Shown here: positions 62,801 to 64,000 of the stretch, in pieces
Layout of the letters: each line of letters starts with the position of its first letter
Position numbering within the stretch: the first letter of the stretch is position 1
From: Asterias rubens
Lineage: Eukaryota
DNA length: 64,000 bases
Direction: 5' to 3'
Assembly: GCF_902459465.1 (NCBI RefSeq)
Contig: NC_047070.1
Location: 13,392,001 to 13,456,000 of the forward strand
The notes under the pieces: model-generated
Told to the model about the DNA's origin: nothing
The model's input: only the letters and a program-made list of their open reading frames with translations
The model's database searches: none
Position numbers and translations under genes: made by a program

Positions 62801-63972
62801 CCATGGGGTATTTGAGAGGATTTTGGACAGCTCTCGGCCAAACCACTGAGGATGTTTAAGAGCAAAATGTAGAACAATGAGAAGGACTTGTGGCGGTAAG
62901 ACAACATTGATGACAATATTCAAAGTGAACAACGACAGTAAATAAACACAGAATCAATTAATGTAGTCCTCATTAATATGAGAGATATAACAGTTTGATT
63001 GATTATTCCGGTCAGACCTTTGACAACATAAGAAGATTTATAATTTGTTTTTGATAATCCCAGACTATTATTAAATAGTCAAAGCAGGGGTGATAAAAGT
63101 GTCTCTCTGTGGGACCCAGTATGCAACATAAGTCAAGTGACGTCGGAGCTCACCTTGTTGGTTTCTACCCTTTGAAGACTCCTCTGTGGTATTATTGCGT
63201 TGGTCTTTGGGATGTAGTCTGGAACTGGGTACAGTGGTTGAAGAGCTGGTTTCATCAGTAGGTGTTACTTGACTGGACGTCTCCTAAAACCAAACACAAA
63301 CCCAACATTGCGTCAAAGTACAAATGACATTAATGGATTAACCAAAAAAGGCTGGCTTCAATGTCAAATTATGTCTATGTTAGGGCCAATGAAGACACTG
63401 ATGATGTAAACATCAGGCTGAGTAGCCTTGAGACACTCAGGGTGTTTGTGAATTGAAAGATAAACCTAAGTTTTAAGCTCTCAAAAATACAGTGCTAACA
63501 AGTACAACAAATGAAAAATACAGATTTTACACAATAGTGTATTTTCCATGAAGAATTTAAGAAGCCAACAAGGGTGGGTTTTTCCCGTTATTTTCTCCCG
63601 ACGCCGATGACCGATTGAGCCTAAACTTTCACAGGATTTTCCCTGTATAGTCCTTTCCTTTGCATCGACATGGCTAATTGTGTTCTTGTTTAATAAAGAT
63701 ATGTGTCAGCATTAAAATATCTGACATTTTTTGGTTGAGGACAATAAGGTCACAACTTGTGCCATTTACAGCCCCAGTCAGTGTTTGGTAGTAGCTACTA
63801 GCCATAACTACAGTCTTTAAAAGCTACCGATCAAAGTTTGCAATTTACCTGTTTGGTTTGGACTCCATTGGATGAGCCATCCATTGAGGGGCCCACTGGT
63901 CTGAATGGGGAGGCTGGAGAATGTCTTAAGATGCTGGAAGGATTCTGCCATTGTCTTAGGGGAGGCTCAGGG
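46964..63972 (-). CDS. Large multi-exon gene (5' end outside window): Munc13/BAIAP3-type MUN (MHD1/MHD2-like) region followed by a DEP domain and a Ser/acidic tail
   Basis: Exons found: 63849-~63972, 63154-63283, 61320-62404, unresolved small exons in 59900-60940, 59783-59881, 58426-58569, 57647-57719, 56794-56969, 52860-53129, 51753-51818, 50836-50916, 49500-49641, 48519-48632, 46964-47811. Phase-consistent where resolved. MUN motifs CIRINNM and EFLHARGEGLEIDQL; DEP motifs CFTGHHMVMWLL and IGQKLLDMNFIQHV. Confidence 0.75.
48519..48632 (-). CDS. MUN-DEP gene exon (DEP middle)
   Basis: AKMIGQKLLDMNFIQHV. Confidence 0.8.
49167..49353. mobile_element. Short Kolobok-like MITE (internally deleted subfamily)
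   Basis: agggaaggta..taccttccct TIR, TTAA flanks. Confidence 0.7.
49500..49641 (-). CDS. MUN-DEP gene exon (DEP N-part)
   Basis: KCFTGHHMVMWLL. Confidence 0.8.
50836..50916 (-). CDS. MUN-DEP gene exon (EVVLTMLQLHSLSSKNLVHLYQKTLLR)
   Basis: AG/GT bounded, end of MHD2. Confidence 0.78.
51181..51445 (-). mobile_element. Penelope-like fragment carrying a degenerate minimal hammerhead motif
   Basis: Minus strand 51444-51401 GTCTC CTGACGA T GACTAG AGCAAG CTAGTT GAAAC ATT GAGAC. Confidence 0.45.
51753..51818 (-). CDS. MUN-DEP gene exon (HLIEFLHARGEGLEIDQLVKPA)
   Basis: MHD2 signature F.HA.G.GL. Confidence 0.85.
52096..52473. mobile_element. Kolobok-like MITE copy
   Basis: TTAA flanks, family body. 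Confidence 0.75.
52569..52760. mobile_element. hAT-like MITE
   Basis: 13-bp TIR caggcatgcaact; aatata on both sides. Confidence 0.6.
52860..53129 (-). CDS. MUN-DEP gene exon (MHD2 start, LNQVLQQ..LLLSQSIA)
   Basis: The only array unit with a complete exon and donor GCG|gtaggt. Confidence 0.8.
53009..56242 (-). repeat. 172-bp tandem array x19 of splice acceptor plus 5' half of the MHD2 exon
   Basis: The 76-aa ORFs recur at 172-bp spacing; one unit has a 13-bp deletion (~53916). Confidence 0.95.
56794..56969 (-). CDS. MUN-DEP gene exon
   Basis: AG/GT bounded, 176 nt. Confidence 0.75.
56979..57122. repeat. 48-bp tandem repeat x3 abutting a splice acceptor
   Basis: aacaatgtctagatcttgactaatattctcatggaaatccagcaaata. 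Confidence 0.9.
57410..57595. mobile_element. Harbinger-like MITE
   Basis: TIR ..ttcatacttc.tgcgaatgcgaat. Confidence 0.6.
57647..57719 (-). CDS. MUN-DEP gene exon (MCIRINNMWSIICLLPELSRMLQS)
   Basis: AG/GT bounded, MUN-like helix. Confidence 0.75.
58010..58350. mobile_element. Kolobok-like MITE copy
   Basis: Family TIR and body. Confidence 0.7.
58426..58569 (-). CDS. MUN-DEP gene exon
   Basis: AG/GT bounded, 144 nt. Confidence 0.7.
59783..59881 (-). CDS. MUN-DEP gene exon (AIIKVLCLYANNLL..)
   Basis: AG/GT bounded, 99 nt. Confidence 0.7.
60461..60582. mobile_element. PIF/Harbinger-like MITE
   Basis: ggccgtgtc..gacacggcc TIR, TTA/TAA flanks. Confidence 0.7.
61118..61311. mobile_element. 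MITE
   Basis: aatagaccgat..gctccgccc and mirror. Confidence 0.7.
61320..62404 (-). CDS. MUN-DEP gene: large Ser/Thr-rich exon
   Basis: Acceptor ttattctttgtacaaag|GT, donor GAG|gtgagt, 1085 nt, phase 1 to 0. Confidence 0.75.
62600..62760 (-). mobile_element. SINE fragment (gggttttc..ccggttttcctcc core)
   Basis: Reverse complement of a widespread SINE core plus tRNA-like boxes. Confidence 0.5.
63154..63283 (-). CDS. MUN-DEP gene exon (ETSSQVTPTDE..RNQQ)
   Basis: AG/GT bounded; only one open frame, and it fits both neighbours. Confidence 0.7.
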
Positions 63973-64000
63973 GATCAAAGTTTGCAATTTACCTGTTTGG
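63829..64000 (-). repeat. 144-bp tandem duplication of an exon end plus donor (continues beyond window)
   Basis: gatcaaagtttgcaatttacctgtttgg at 63829 and 63973. Confidence 0.75.

Overview
Intron-rich, AT-rich metazoan genomic DNA; the repeat families and gene content suggest a marine deuterostome, probably an asteroid echinoderm (inference). There is one 140-N gap. I assembled four protein-coding genes by hand from GT/AG boundaries and frame continuity. (1) A complete mitochondrial glutamyl-tRNA synthetase EARS2 on the minus strand (15 coding exons, 4659-28931, 527 aa). (2) An intronless 1188-aa type I membrane protein (IgGFc-binding N-domain, IPT-like, AMOP, VWD with GDPH, sushi, TM) nested antisense in a 10.8-kb EARS2 intron. 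(3) A 7-exon alpha-2,8-sialyltransferase-like gene (38632-43588, +). (4) The 3' part of a large minus-strand gene with a Munc13-type MUN/MHD2 region followed by an apparently split DEP domain. Non-coding highlights: an intact 6.2-kb foldback transposon with a 9-bp TSD and ~203-bp satellite arrays in both arms; a 19-copy 172-bp tandem array of a splice acceptor plus half-exon; other tandem repeats built from splice junctions; a pseudogenised duplicate of two EARS2 exons; tRNA-like composite repeats; a degenerate Penelope-type minimal hammerhead; and many MITEs and SINEs. TE superfamily names rest only on TIR/TSD signatures. No database searches were run.
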